DNA from: Pristiophorus japonicus
Taxonomy: Eukaryota
Length of the DNA stretch: 64,000 nt
Direction of reading: 5' to 3'
NCBI RefSeq assembly: GCF_044704955.1
Contig: NC_091995.1
Coordinates: 13,702,001 to 13,766,000, forward strand
The translations under genes were made by a program, and so were the position numbers. The notes beneath the pieces are model-generated. The model was not told the origin of the DNA and searched no databases. It worked only from the letters and a program-made list of their open reading frames with translations. Below, piece after piece: positions 12,887 through 24,037 of this stretch (position 1 is the first letter of the stretch; each line of letters begins with the position of its first letter).

Positions 12887-13971
12887 GTCTTTAAGCAGTA
12901 GATATACAGCGAAATAATCTGGGTAGAGACATAATCTCTATTGTTCCTTTCGATCCTGGCTCTATCTACAAATTATTAATAAATGTTCAAGATCTTTATA
13001 GTTCTCTAATTATGCACACTGATTCATTATGGCATGACAAGTGTTATTGTGAACAATACCCCAGAAATGAGATAGCTCCGACAATTCCAGATGGTCAATC
13101 TGTTTACCCATTAATCATACAACTAATCATCTCAGTCCCCATTATTTCGACCCTCTGGTCCATCCAGCATGCCCCATACAACTATGATACCTTGTGCAAC
13201 ACAATATTTACACTCCATTTCACTGTAAACCATGTGATCTCCCGGTAGAGGCAAAATACAGATAAAAAGCTAGGCCAATTTGGGAAATAAAAACTCTGGG
13301 ATATTTCTCTCTGACCCTCTTTCGGCACCTGAAACTAGTCAAGGACACAGTTATCCAAGAGATGCATAGTGTACATGACTTCAATCCATATAAAATGAAA
13401 CCGTTTGTAACATAACATGTTGTAACTACTCTAGTCATCGTATTTGAATCCAGTGATGAAAGATATGACTCTAGGAAACACGGAGATTGTGCCCCAAACT
13501 ATGACACCAATAGTGACCATTAAAAAAAAATCAATTTCCTCCAAAGCCTCAGTACTAGTATCAGAGGCTAACCTATACCTCGATATCTCCCAGTGCTACT
13601 TCCTGAGATGAAAGGTCTCAGCTAATTCGTCTTGGTCTGTGAGACTGGGCACTTGATCAGATCATAGGGCTTGATGTGAGCTAACCCATGTCTGTAGAAA
13701 ACTATAGCAGACCTGAGTTGGTTCTTCTGTTGTAGGAGTGGCTGTTTCCAGGATTTGCTCACCTATCTGTGGCCTTCCTTGCTACTCTGACCACTGTGGC
13801 CATATTGTGTAGGCAAAGGACTTTCCTGGTAATTTAAGTTACAATGAGGAGTGGCAATGAGTATCCTAGCTTGGTTTGTCTTGTGCTACTCAAAAATGCA
13901 GACCAAAGTTGCTGGTGGAGCTAAAGGTGTCAAGTGCTGCCAGTTTAACGGTCCGGTCACTTGACCCATAC

Positions 13972-14272
13972 CAATGCATTCCCGCTGACACCTGGGAGTC
14001 CCTGGCCCAAGACCGCCCTAAGTGGAGGAAGTGCATCGAGAGGGCGCTGAGCACCTCAAGTCTAAACGTTAAGAACATGCAGAAATCAAGCGCAGACAGC
14101 GGAAAGAGCGTGCGGCAAACCTGTCCCACCCACCCCTTCCCTCAACGACTATCTGTCCCACCTGTGACAGAGTCTGTGGCTCTCGTATTGGACTGTTCAG
14201 TCACTAAAGAACTCAATTCAGGAGTGGAAGCAAGTCTTCCTCGATTCCGAGGCACTGCCTGTGATGATGATC
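13972..14272 (+). mobile_element. RTE LINE 3' end fragment
   Basis: CIPADTWESLAQDRPKWRK, CPTC zinc-knuckle region and (TGA)n tail, matching 51482-51793. Confidence 0.8.
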
Positions 14273-14586
14273 AAAAGAGACAAACGTGAAGCTGGCTGTG
14301 TATCCAAGGGTGCTGGTTGAGATTTGCTCCTGTGAGATATTCTGTTTAGCGTGGGCAAAACACCTGGATAACACTCATTATCTCATTTGCAAAATAAACC
14401 TTAAAGACAGTGATCAAGGACACCCACCACCCCAGGAAACACTTCAATACATTTGGAACAGTGCTTACAGCCAGGTGATCATGCTCCCTATTTGATTAAT
14501 CTTTTTGTGATGAGTAAGAGAGAAAACTGTCCTCCTCCAAATTGTAGCTAACAAACTACAACAATTTATGAATAAAGTGAAATATC

Positions 14587-14676
14587 GAGGGGTGAAATTC
14601 GACTTCGGCGTGGGTGCGAAACGACCGATCCGCTACCGCTCGTTTTGCGCCCCAGCCAAAGTTGAATTTCATCCTC
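14587..14676. mobile_element. ~90-bp palindromic MITE-like element
   Basis: Imperfect ~37-bp inverted arms GAGGGGTGAAATTCGACTTCGGC...AAACGA and TCGTTTT...GCCAAAGTTGAATTTCATCCTC around a short spacer. Confidence 0.6.
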
Positions 14677-15529
14677 CTTTATCTCTAATGGTGCTATTAG
14701 GAATGAGTTAGGCATGCACAAGATCATCAGATATGTTGTTGATGCTGCAGGGCGGGTTAGGCTTTCACAACCTGAAAGCTGAGGTCGCCTCCAGCACCGC
14801 GACGTCACAATCAGCTTAAGTCAAAAAACCGCTGCGTTTTTTCCGTGCTGTAATGTGCCGCTGTGTACAGTCACTCCTGCGGATGCAGAGTATGGACAAT
14901 TTGACTTGTCTCTAATTTTAACCACTTCCTTTCATTCCTTGCATCAATTGTGACATTTTTACCATACCAATCATATTTGAGGGCTGGCTCCAGATAGTCT
15001 TTCACACGGGTGGCCTTTTGATGGAGGTTTAATAATCCTTCGTTCATTTATAACTGGTACTTGCTCCCCAGTCCCTGGAGACAAGACAAGCCCATAGATT
15101 GAAAAGGTTATTTAGTCGACATATGCTTAGTGTTCTCGCACGATGTTTTGCTGTTTATACTGTCGCCGTTAGTGTCTCAGTTTAGATTGAATTTACGGCA
15201 AATTTTGGCGTTTCTCATTCTTAAGACTGACAGTTTTTACGGATGATCTTCCAGTTACAGTTTCTGATTTTATTGAGTCTATTGATCTACTTTCTACTTC
15301 TAGCGCATAAACATAATCCAGGATCCGTAGATCTAACTTATATTACAAAGTTTGCATTTCCTAATCCTGGTTCTGGCGTGTTGTTACAGTGGGACAATTA
15401 GGATCTATTCTAATTGTATCTCGAAGTTAACTATAAAATAACGTGTTTTTACTCTACAATTAAATCAATCCAGCCAGAAAAGGCTTAAATTCAGCAGGCC
15501 TGAAATCAGTAGGCTGAGAGGATAATAGA

Positions 15530-17095
15530 TTGTAAAAGCTTTAGGAGATATTTCTCAAGAAAAATATATTCCAGTGAGGAGGAAAGGGTGTAAGAGAAAA
15601 GATAGCCATCCGTGGCTAACGAAAGAAATAAAAGACGGTATTCAATTAAAAACAAGGGCATACAAAGTGGCCAAAACTAGTGGGAGGACAGAAGATTGAG
15701 AAGCTTTTAAAAGCCAGCAAAGAATGACTAAAAAAAATGATTAAGAAAGGAAAGATAGACTATGAAAGTAAACTAGCACAAAATATAAAAACAGATAGCA
15801 AAAGTTTCTATAGGTATACAAAAAGGAAAAGAATGGCTAAAATAAAGGTTGGTTCCTTAGAAGAAGAGACCGGGTAATTAGTAATGGGGAACATGGAGAT
15901 GGCAGAAACTCTGAACAAATATTTTGTTTCAGTCTTTACAGTAGAGGGCACTAATAATATCCCAACAGTGGATAGTCAAGGGGCTATAGGGGGGCGGGGG
16001 GGGGGGGGGAGGAAAAGGTTACTGCACAAGATAAAAGTTCACTGGGTTGGGGGTAATATATTAGCATGGATAGAAGATTGGCTAATGAACAGAAAACAGA
16101 GAGTCGGGATAAATGGTTCATTCTCTGGTTGGCAATCAGTAACTAGTGGGGTGCCGCAGGGATCAGTGCTGGGACCCCAACTATTTACAATCTACATTAA
16201 CGACATGGAAGAAGGGACCGAGTGTAACGTAGCTAAATTTGCTGATGATACAAAGATGGGAGGAAAAGCAATGTGTGAGGAGGACACAACACATCTGCAA
16301 AAGGACTGCTAAGTGAGTGGGCAAAGATTTGGCAGATGGAGTATAATGTTGGAAAGTGTGAGGTCATGCACGTTGGCAGAAAAAAAATCTAAGAGCAAGT
16401 TATTATTTAAATGGAGAAAGATTGCAAAGTGCTGCAGTTCTGCAGGACCTGGGGGTACTTGTGCATGAAACATAAAAGTTTAGTATGCAGGTACAGCAAT
16501 TGATCAGGAAGGCCAATGGTATCTTGGCCTTTATTGCAAACAGGATGGTGTATAAAATCAGGGAAGTCTTGCTAGTTATACAGGGTATTTAGGTGAGGCC
16601 ACACCTGGAATACTGCATGCAGTTTTGTTTCTATATTTACGTAAGGTTTGGAGAAAGTTGATTCCAGAGATGAGGGAGTTGACTTATGAGGAAAGGTTGA
16701 GGTTAGGCCCCTACTCATTGAAATTCAGAAGAATGAGAGGTGATCTTATCAAAACAGAGAAGATTATGAGGGAGCTTGACAAGGTGGATGCAGAAAGAAT
16801 GTTTTCACTGATGTGAGAGATCAGAACTAGAGGGCATAATCTTAGAATAAGGGGCTGCCCATTTAAAACTGAGATGAGGAGAAATTTATTTTCTCAGAGG
16901 GTTGTGGAATTCGCTGCCTCAGAGAGCTGGGTCTTAAAGAAATTTAAGACAGAGATACAGTTTCTTAAACGGCAAGGGAATAAGGGATATGGGGAGCCGG
17001 CAGGGAAGTGGAACTGAGTCCATGATCGTATTAAATGGCGGAGCAGGCTCGAGTGGCCGTATGGCCAACACCTGCTCCTATTTCTTATATTCTTA
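15530..17095 (+). mobile_element. Degenerate CR1 (TTCTTATG-tail subfamily) with an internal deletion at the G tract near 15990-16010
   Basis: [13 protein letters not shown] and KFADD motifs; many stops and frameshifts; CR1 3' UTR present. Confidence 0.85.
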
Positions 17096-17581
17096 AAGGG
17101 AAATCTGGATCATCTTTTCAAATTGAACAAACGGACGCAGGTGAAAACTGGGAGAGGCAAATTTAGAACCGTCAGGAAATTCCTCGGTGATGAACACATA
17201 GATTAAAAAAAAACTGATTTAGCAACATTACACGCTGCGATGGGACAAGATACTTCCTAAGCGAATGGACTAAAATGGTTTGAATAATCGTCTTCATCTA
17301 TCAATTTTGCCAAATACATTGGAGCGAGAAAAAAAAACCATTTCAATTCGTAGCCATTTCTCAACACACGGCGGGTTAGTGAAACTCTTGGATGGGGACG
17401 AAGTTAAAGGTTCCAGAAGCTGGAACTAGAAACGTTCTCACCTCCCCCCAACTGGGAATCAAAAGAATGCATTATATATAAAGACATGGGAAATGGCAAG
17501 CGGCCGGGCCTGACTGCTTCCTGAACCACTTCAATAGAAATAAACATACAACTTCATATATCGTGTCATAATTTCCCCCTT

Positions 17582-17587
17582 TTTATT
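17582..17587 (-). terminator. Candidate poly(A) signal downstream of the H1-like gene
   Basis: AATAAA on the minus strand about 100 nt past the stop codon, followed by a GU/U-rich tract (GTTGTATGTTTATTT). Confidence 0.4.
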
Positions 17588-17688
17588 AAATCAAACTTTT
17601 AACACGTATGTATGGTTACTACATTTGTGCATATCTGCTACATTTTAGGTTAACATAGTGCGACTTATTACGGCCCCTTCGTCACGAA

Positions 17689-18384
17689 TTAGCGGCCCTG
17701 AAAAGAGCCAGTGTTATGATCTACCAACTCTTCCGATTTAACGCTGGCCGGCGGGGTCTGTGCGGCTGGAGTTTCAGTCGGGCGCCTGGCCACCCTCCGC
17801 ACTTTGGTCACTTTCCACCTGGCTCCCTTACGCAAAACGACGGGTCTTCTCCCGCGCCGGCTCTTCGTCGCCACCTTACGCTTCTTCCTGGCTGCCGCCG
17901 GTCGCTTGGGCTTCTTGGCCGGTCTCTTGACCGCCGCCCTTCTCCTGCGGGAGGCCTGGCCGGCCGGCTGCGACTCTTTGGCCGCCGCCACTTCCACATT
18001 ATTGCCGAGCTTGACCGAGGCGATCGCGTCTCCGGCCGTCCGCACCATCGAACACTTGGCCACCAGACCCCGAACGGCCCGGCTGAGGCGCGAGTCGTGG
18101 CGTGTCACCTTGCAACCACTGGCCGACAGCATCTTCTTCATGGTGGCCATCGATAGGCCGCGGCGCTGCCGGGTGGCCGCCACCGCCTTCATGATCTGCT
18201 CGGCCACCGTGCAGCCGAACTTCTTGTGGCGGTACGGCCGTCGCTTCTTCTTCACCTCCCCCGCAATGTTCAGCGACCCCACCTCGTCCGGGGAAGACAG
18301 CGGCAGAACAGGAGCAACCGGAGGAGGCAAGGTTGCCGGAGCAGACTGGTCCCTTCCCATCCCGTCCTGTTCGGTATCTAGCAT
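17689..18384 (-). CDS. H1: Divergent linker histone H1-like / protamine-like basic protein (231 aa)
   Basis: TVAEQIMKAVAATRQRRGLSMATMKKMLSASGCKVTRHDSRLSRAVRGLVAKCSMVRTAG...SVKL aligns by eye with the H1 winged helix ([60 protein letters not shown]...SFKL). It has a basic C-tail, is intronless, GC-rich, and carries a histone stem-loop. Confidence 0.85.
   Translation of the reverse strand: MLDTEQDGMGRDQSAPATLPPPVAPVLPLSSPDEVGSLNIAGEVKKKRRPYRHKKFGCTVAEQIMKAVAATRQRRGLSMATMKKMLSASGCKVTRHDSRLSRAVRGLVAKCSMVRTAGDAIASVKLGNNVEVAAAKESQPAGQASRRRRAAVKRPAKKPKRPAAARKKRKVATKSRRGRRPVVLRKGARWKVTKVRRVARRPTETPAAQTPPASVKSEELVDHNTGSFQGR
17694..17709 (-). terminator. Histone 3' stem-loop located inside the H1-like ORF
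   Basis: GGCTCTTTTCAGGGCC, followed by GCTAA and a purine-rich GAAGGGGC (HDE-like). Confidence 0.85.
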
Positions 18385-18489
18385 CAGATCGGCGCACTTG
18401 GTTATAGCTCTTCACTCTCGCTGCTGCTTCTTCTCCTTCACTCCGTTCCCGGGCAGCCGCGGCCGCTCTGTGCCCCCGGCCACCAGAGC

Positions 18490-18810
18490 ATTGCCTCTTA
18501 AAGCCGCAGCGCGGACTCGTTCGACTCAATCCGACGCGCAGGCCACGCCCACTCAAGCCCCGCCCACTTGCCCCACCCACGCAAGCCCCGCCCACTTACC
18601 TCACAGAGGCCACGCCCACTTGCCCCACCCACGCAAGCCCCGCCCACTTACCTCACAGAGGCCACGCCAGCTCGCCCCGCCCACTTGCCCCACCACACAG
18701 GCCCCGCCCACTTGTCTCACACAGGCCCCGCCAGCTCGCCCCGCCCACCCACACAGGCCCCGCCCACATGCCCCACCCACACAGGCCCTGTCCACTTGCC
18801 TCACACATAA
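18490..18810 (-). promoter_or_regulatory. H1-like promoter with a tandem array of GC boxes
   Basis: TATA-like CTTTAAGA near 18500, then about ten CCCCGCCC/CCACGCCC (Sp/KLF) motifs in a degenerate tandem repeat. Confidence 0.6.
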
Positions 18811-19099
18811 GCGCTTCAACCTTTTCCTTTGCACTCTACATGCTGAACTCCACCATCATTGAGGATGGGGATATTCCTAGAGCCTCCCCCTCCGAACCAC
18901 CAATCATGCCTGGATGTGGCAGGACTGCAGATCTGATCCGTTGGTTGTGCGATCACTTAGCTCTGTCAAGAGAATGCTTCTTCCTCTGTTCAGCCTGCAT
19001 ATATACCTCAGCTTCCTCAGGTTGGCACCTCATTTTTAGGTACGCCTGGTGATGCTTTTGGCATGCTCATCTACACTCCTCATTGAACCAGGGTTAGTC

Positions 19100-20065
19100 A
19101 TAAGAATAAAAGAAATAGGAGCAGGAGTAGGCCATTTGGCCCCTCAAGCCTGCACCACCATTTAATAAGATTATGGCTGATCTGATCATGGACTCAGCTC
19201 CACTTCCCTGCCCACTCCGTATAACCCTTTACTCCCTTATCGCTCAAAAATCTGTCTATCTCTGTCTTAAATATATTCAATGACCCAGCCTCCACAGCTC
19301 TCTGGGGCAGAGAATTCCACAGATATGCAACCTCTGGGGGAAGAAATTACTCCATCTGTTTTAAATGGGTGGCCCTTTAGTCTGAGACTATGCCCGCTAG
19401 TTCTCGTTTCCCCTATGAGTAGAAATATCCTCTCTGCATCCAACTTGTCGAGACCCCGCATTATCTTATACGTTTCGATAAGATCACCTCTCATCCTTCA
19501 GAACTCCAATTGGGGGTGGAGTGTAGAATGTTTCAGTATAAGGGGTGTCGCAGTTGTGTGAGGCGGACTGGTTGGACTGGGTGCTCTTTGCCTTTCTGTC
19601 ATTGTTCATAGGTTTATATGTAACCTTTAGGGCTGCTGACCAAGGGCCGTGTGGCTCTTAGTCGGCGGGCGCAGACGATGGGCCGAAATGGTCTCCTTCT
19701 GCGCTGTAAATTTCTATGTTTCTAAGTTTCACTGAATACAGGCCCAACCTACTCAACCTATCCTCATAAGTCAATCCTCTCATCTCCGGAATCAATCTAA
19801 TTATCTTCTCTGAACAGCCTCCAATGCAAGTATATCCTTCCTTAAATACGGAGACCAAAACTATACGCAGTACTCCAGGTGTGGCCTCACCAATACCCTG
19901 TACAGTTGTAGCAGGACTTCTCTGCTTTTATAATCTATCCCCCTTGCAATAAAGGACAACATTCCATTTGCTTTCCTGATCACTTGCTGTACCTGCAAAC
20001 TAACCTTTTGTGTTTTGTGCACAAGGAACCCCAGATCCCTCTGTACTGCAGCACTTTACAATTTT
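19100..20065 (-). mobile_element. CR1 3' fragment containing a nested plus-strand short element (about 19511-19724) with a CR1-like tail
   Basis: MRGDLIETYKI and RPHLEYC motifs; the insert ends GGGCCGAAATGG...GTAAATTTCTATGTTTCTA. Confidence 0.75.
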
Positions 20066-20464
20066 CCCTTCATCCAAGTCATTATTATAGATTGTAGATA
20101 GTTGAGGCCATCCGGAAAATAACCTATTTATCCAGACTCTTGTTAACTAGCCTGGCTTGATGGTAATGGTAGAGGGAAAGGCCAGGCCATGTTAAGATCG
20201 TGGTGTAATACAATTCCACTGCTGATGGCCCACAGCCTCGTGGATACCCAGTTTTGAGCCGCTAGATCTACTCTTAACACATTAATGACACATTATAGTT
20301 GGTAGCCTCAGGTCTTCATATGGATTATGAAATTAAGAGATTGAGGTTAGGATGCAAAAACGCAATGTAAGGATTAGGAGCAAGCAACCCCATATTTTTT
20401 ACCAGTTACCAATTTCTCAAAATCAATTCCCCAAGGATTTGTCTTTTCCAAGAAACAATTTAGT

Positions 20465-20480
20465 GGCTCTTAAAAGAGCC
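20465..20480 (-). terminator. Histone 3' stem-loop of H4
   Basis: GGCTCTTTTAAGAGCC about 30 nt after the stop, then ACTAA and a purine-rich GGAAAAGAC. Confidence 0.95.
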
Positions 20481-20511
20481 TTTCTGTTGAGATTTTTCTT
20501 ATCCCGTTCCT

Positions 20512-20847
<336 letters not shown>

Positions 20848-20874
20848 CTATTGTTGAATTGACCCAGCCGACGA

Positions 20875-20925
20875 CCTTTTACACCATCGCTGCGGACCTG
20901 GTTGAAGAACCAAAGAGGGGCGGAG
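20875..20925 (-). promoter_or_regulatory. H4 promoter: site II-like element, weak TATA and GC box
   Basis: Minus strand TTCAACCAGGTCCGC resembles the vertebrate H4 subtype element TTCAATCTGGTCCG (HiNF-P site); TGTAAAA downstream; GGGGCGGAG at 20917-20925. Confidence 0.7.
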
Positions 20926-22335
20926 TCCGAGGACACCGCGTCACCCGCCTTCTGTCTGCGCTCAAAAAAATGACACTCAACCAAATGATTCAAAATTGCT
21001 GAATAAATATTAATAGTTAAGCAAAAAATAACACGCTGATCATTAGTCGAACTGCAATAATATGAGAGTGAAACGGATTACTCTCGTGGAAAAAAGTACA
21101 TTTATTTTGGCACGTTCACAACAACAAAAATTCACATTTTGAAACGAATCTGAGGCCCTCATTCAGTAACGAATGAGTCTTGAGACTCAACGCCAATTGC
21201 AAATTTTAGAGGCGCAACAACAAACATCGTGGTTCTGAATTTACAAGGCGAAGTGATGTGTTCATCTCACAAATTATCTGTCATTTTACTGGCGTTCGCT
21301 TTGTCTCCTGGAATGACAATTTACATCTCCCTTCCAACAAGCTCACTTACTGCACTTTCTGTAAGAAGAAACTTAACTCTCAAGTTATCGGTTAAAGTGA
21401 AAGTAACTGGGCAAATCTGTTATTGCGAATGTGTGTTTTTTAGCACGGCCGTTTACTGGTAGTTTTCTTGGCTTATTGCACAGGTCTAAAACTCTAATTT
21501 ATAGTGATTGAATTTTCATTCTTGCTCATTTTCATGAAATTCTCACAAAATTTCAAGAGCTAAAGCTACCTTCAAGCAGCTTGGTCTCCTCTTTTGAGAC
21601 TTTGTACAGTTCTACCAATCAACCTGTTAACTCCATCAAGACCAATTCCATCTAAAACTTGAATATAGCTTCCAACGCAGGAGAGGTCTTCAATCATCAT
21701 CATAATCCTGAAGCGGATATAAGAAAACAAAGTTTGACATTATTTAGGCATTCATTCTTACAACTTCAACTCCCTCTCTCTATATAACTTTTTGGAGTTT
21801 TCTCTGTTTTGCTGAAACTATTGTAGTAATTGTCCCTCTGTTCCTCCTAAGCACCAAATAGACCATCCTACACACCTTCCTCTTCCGGCATTCTCAGTGA
21901 TTGACTCAAGATTCATTGCATTGTCTCCTAGTCTCTTTAATTCGTACGCAGGACCTAGACTTTATGGAACATAAGAACATAAGAAATAGGAGCAGGATTG
22001 GGCTATTTGGCCCCTCAAGCCTGCTCCGCCGCTCAGTAAGATTATGGCTGATCTGGAATTTTATACTTTTCTGCCTTTCTTTCCTCTTACATGCTACAGG
22101 CTCTTAAATCTTAAACTTGGTGTCACCCTACCACTGTTCTTGATTTGCCTCATCTCTTCAACCATGGTGCTGTGGGCCTTGGTTCTTTGCCTAGATTACA
22201 CAATAATCTAGGGAACATATGGATGTGGACCATAGGTCAGTTAAAAACATCAAGGAATCGATAAAAAAAAGTTTAAGTATGTGCAATTGCATGCTTAAAA
22301 GATAAAGATGTTCGATTTGACATATACATAGCTGT

Positions 22336-23859
22336 CCAGGGCCACGCCGTGGATCTTGATGACTGGGGGGGGGGGCAGTGCTGTGCGGCGAGGACAGGCT
22401 GGTGGAGGACCTTTGTCTTACGGATGTTTAGCGTAAGGCCTATGCTTTCGTATGCTTCAGTAAATATGTCGACTATGTCCTGGAGTTCAGCCTCTGTGTG
22501 TGCACAGACGCAGGCATCATCTGCGTACTGTAGCTTGACGACAGAGGTTGGGGTGGTCTTGGACCTGGCCTGGAGACGGAGAAGGTTGAACAGCTTCCCA
22601 CTGGTTCTGTAGTTTAGTTCCACTCCAGCGGGGAACTTGTTGACTGTGAGGTGGAGCATGGTGGCGAGGAAGATTGAGAAGAGGGTTGGGGCGATGATGC
22701 AGCCCTGCTTGACCCCGGTCCGGAGGTGGATTGGGTCTGTGATGGATCCGTTGGTAAGGATCACGGCCTGCATGTCATCGTGGAGCAGGCGGAGGATGGT
22801 GATGAACTTTTGGGGGCGTCCGAAATGGAGGAGGACGCTCCATAGACCCTCGCGGTTGACAGTGTCAAAGGCCTTTGTAAGGTCGAAGAAGGCCATGTAT
22901 AAGGGCTGGTGCTGTCCCCTGTATTTTTTCTGCAGCTGTCATGCTGCAAAAATCATGTCCGTGGTGCCCCGTAGGGAACGAAATGCACACTGCGTCTTCG
23001 GGAGGAGCTCCTCAGCCACAGGGAGAAGACGGTTGAGGAGGACACTAGCGACGACTTTCCCAGTGGTTGATAACAGGGAGATTCCTCTGTAGTTGCCACA
23101 GTCGGATTTGTCCCCTTTTTTAAAGATGGTCACGATCACTGCACTTCTGAGATGCAGTGGACAATGTGGGCAACGAGGACCATTTCCCATACCTCGGGAG
23201 CCTCTTATCAACAAGAGCAGACATTGACGACGAGATTCAACACCGCCTCCAGTGCGCCTGAGGAAAAGAGTGTTTGAAGACTAGGCTCTCAAATCTGCCA
23301 CCAAGCTCCTGGCTGAAGTAATACCTTCCTTCCTGTATGGGTCAGAGACATGGACCATGTACAGTAGACAACTCAAGTCGCTGGAGAAATACCACCAACG
23401 ATGATTCCGCAAGATCCTACAAATCCCCTGGGAGGACAGATGCACCAACATTAGTGTCCTTGACCAGGCCAACATCCCCAGCATTGAAGCACTGACCACA
23501 CTTGATCAGCTCCGCTGGGCAGGCCACATTGTTCGTATGCCAGACACGAGACTCCCAAAGCAAGCGCTCTACTCGGAACTCCTTCATGACAAACGAGCTA
23601 AAGGTGGGCAGAGGAAACGTTACAAGGACACCCTCAAAGCCTCCTTGATAAAGTGCAACATCACCACTGACACCTGGGAGTTCTGGAAATAGAAGTGGAG
23701 GAATTGCATCCAGGAGCACCTCGAGTCTCAACGCCGAGAGCATGCAGAAATCAAGCGCAGGCAGTGGAAGGAGCATACGGCAAACCAGTCCCACCCTCCC
23801 TTACCTTCAATGACTATCTGTCCCATGTCTTCCTCAATTCCGAGGGACTGCCTATGATG
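22336..23859. mobile_element. RTE LINE with inverted 5' segment (22336-~23155 minus, ~23158-23859 plus)
   Basis: RT motifs (FFDLTKAFDTV, LQYADD) on minus; C-terminal region and (TGA)n tail on plus; flanked by ATACATA(G/A)CTGT direct repeats. Confidence 0.85.
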
Positions 23860-24037
23860 ATACATAACTGTGAAAGAAAACACAACACAAATACAATTGT
23901 AAGTGTTACCACAGCTGCCCCTGCTTTGCACTTTTGATACAGTGCGATTCAGGAATTAGTGTTAGGGTCAATGGTTAGGGGCGAGGGTATGGGTTAGATG
24001 TTAGTGCTTAAGGTTAGGAATTGGGGCTCGGGTGTTA

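Noticed and set aside
11611-12917. Long ORFs of 294-424 aa as protein-coding genes
   Set aside because: They are a by-product of a stop-free 41-bp repeat; the same peptide cycles through frames on both strands.
17716-18862. Plus-strand 352-aa and 146-aa ORFs and the alternative minus-frame 198-aa ORF
   Set aside because: Shadow ORFs of the GC-rich H1-like gene and its promoter repeat; no recognisable domain.
23955-24037. Interstitial telomere
   Set aside because: Only a short, highly degenerate GGGTTA-like tract with no run of perfect TTAGGG repeats.
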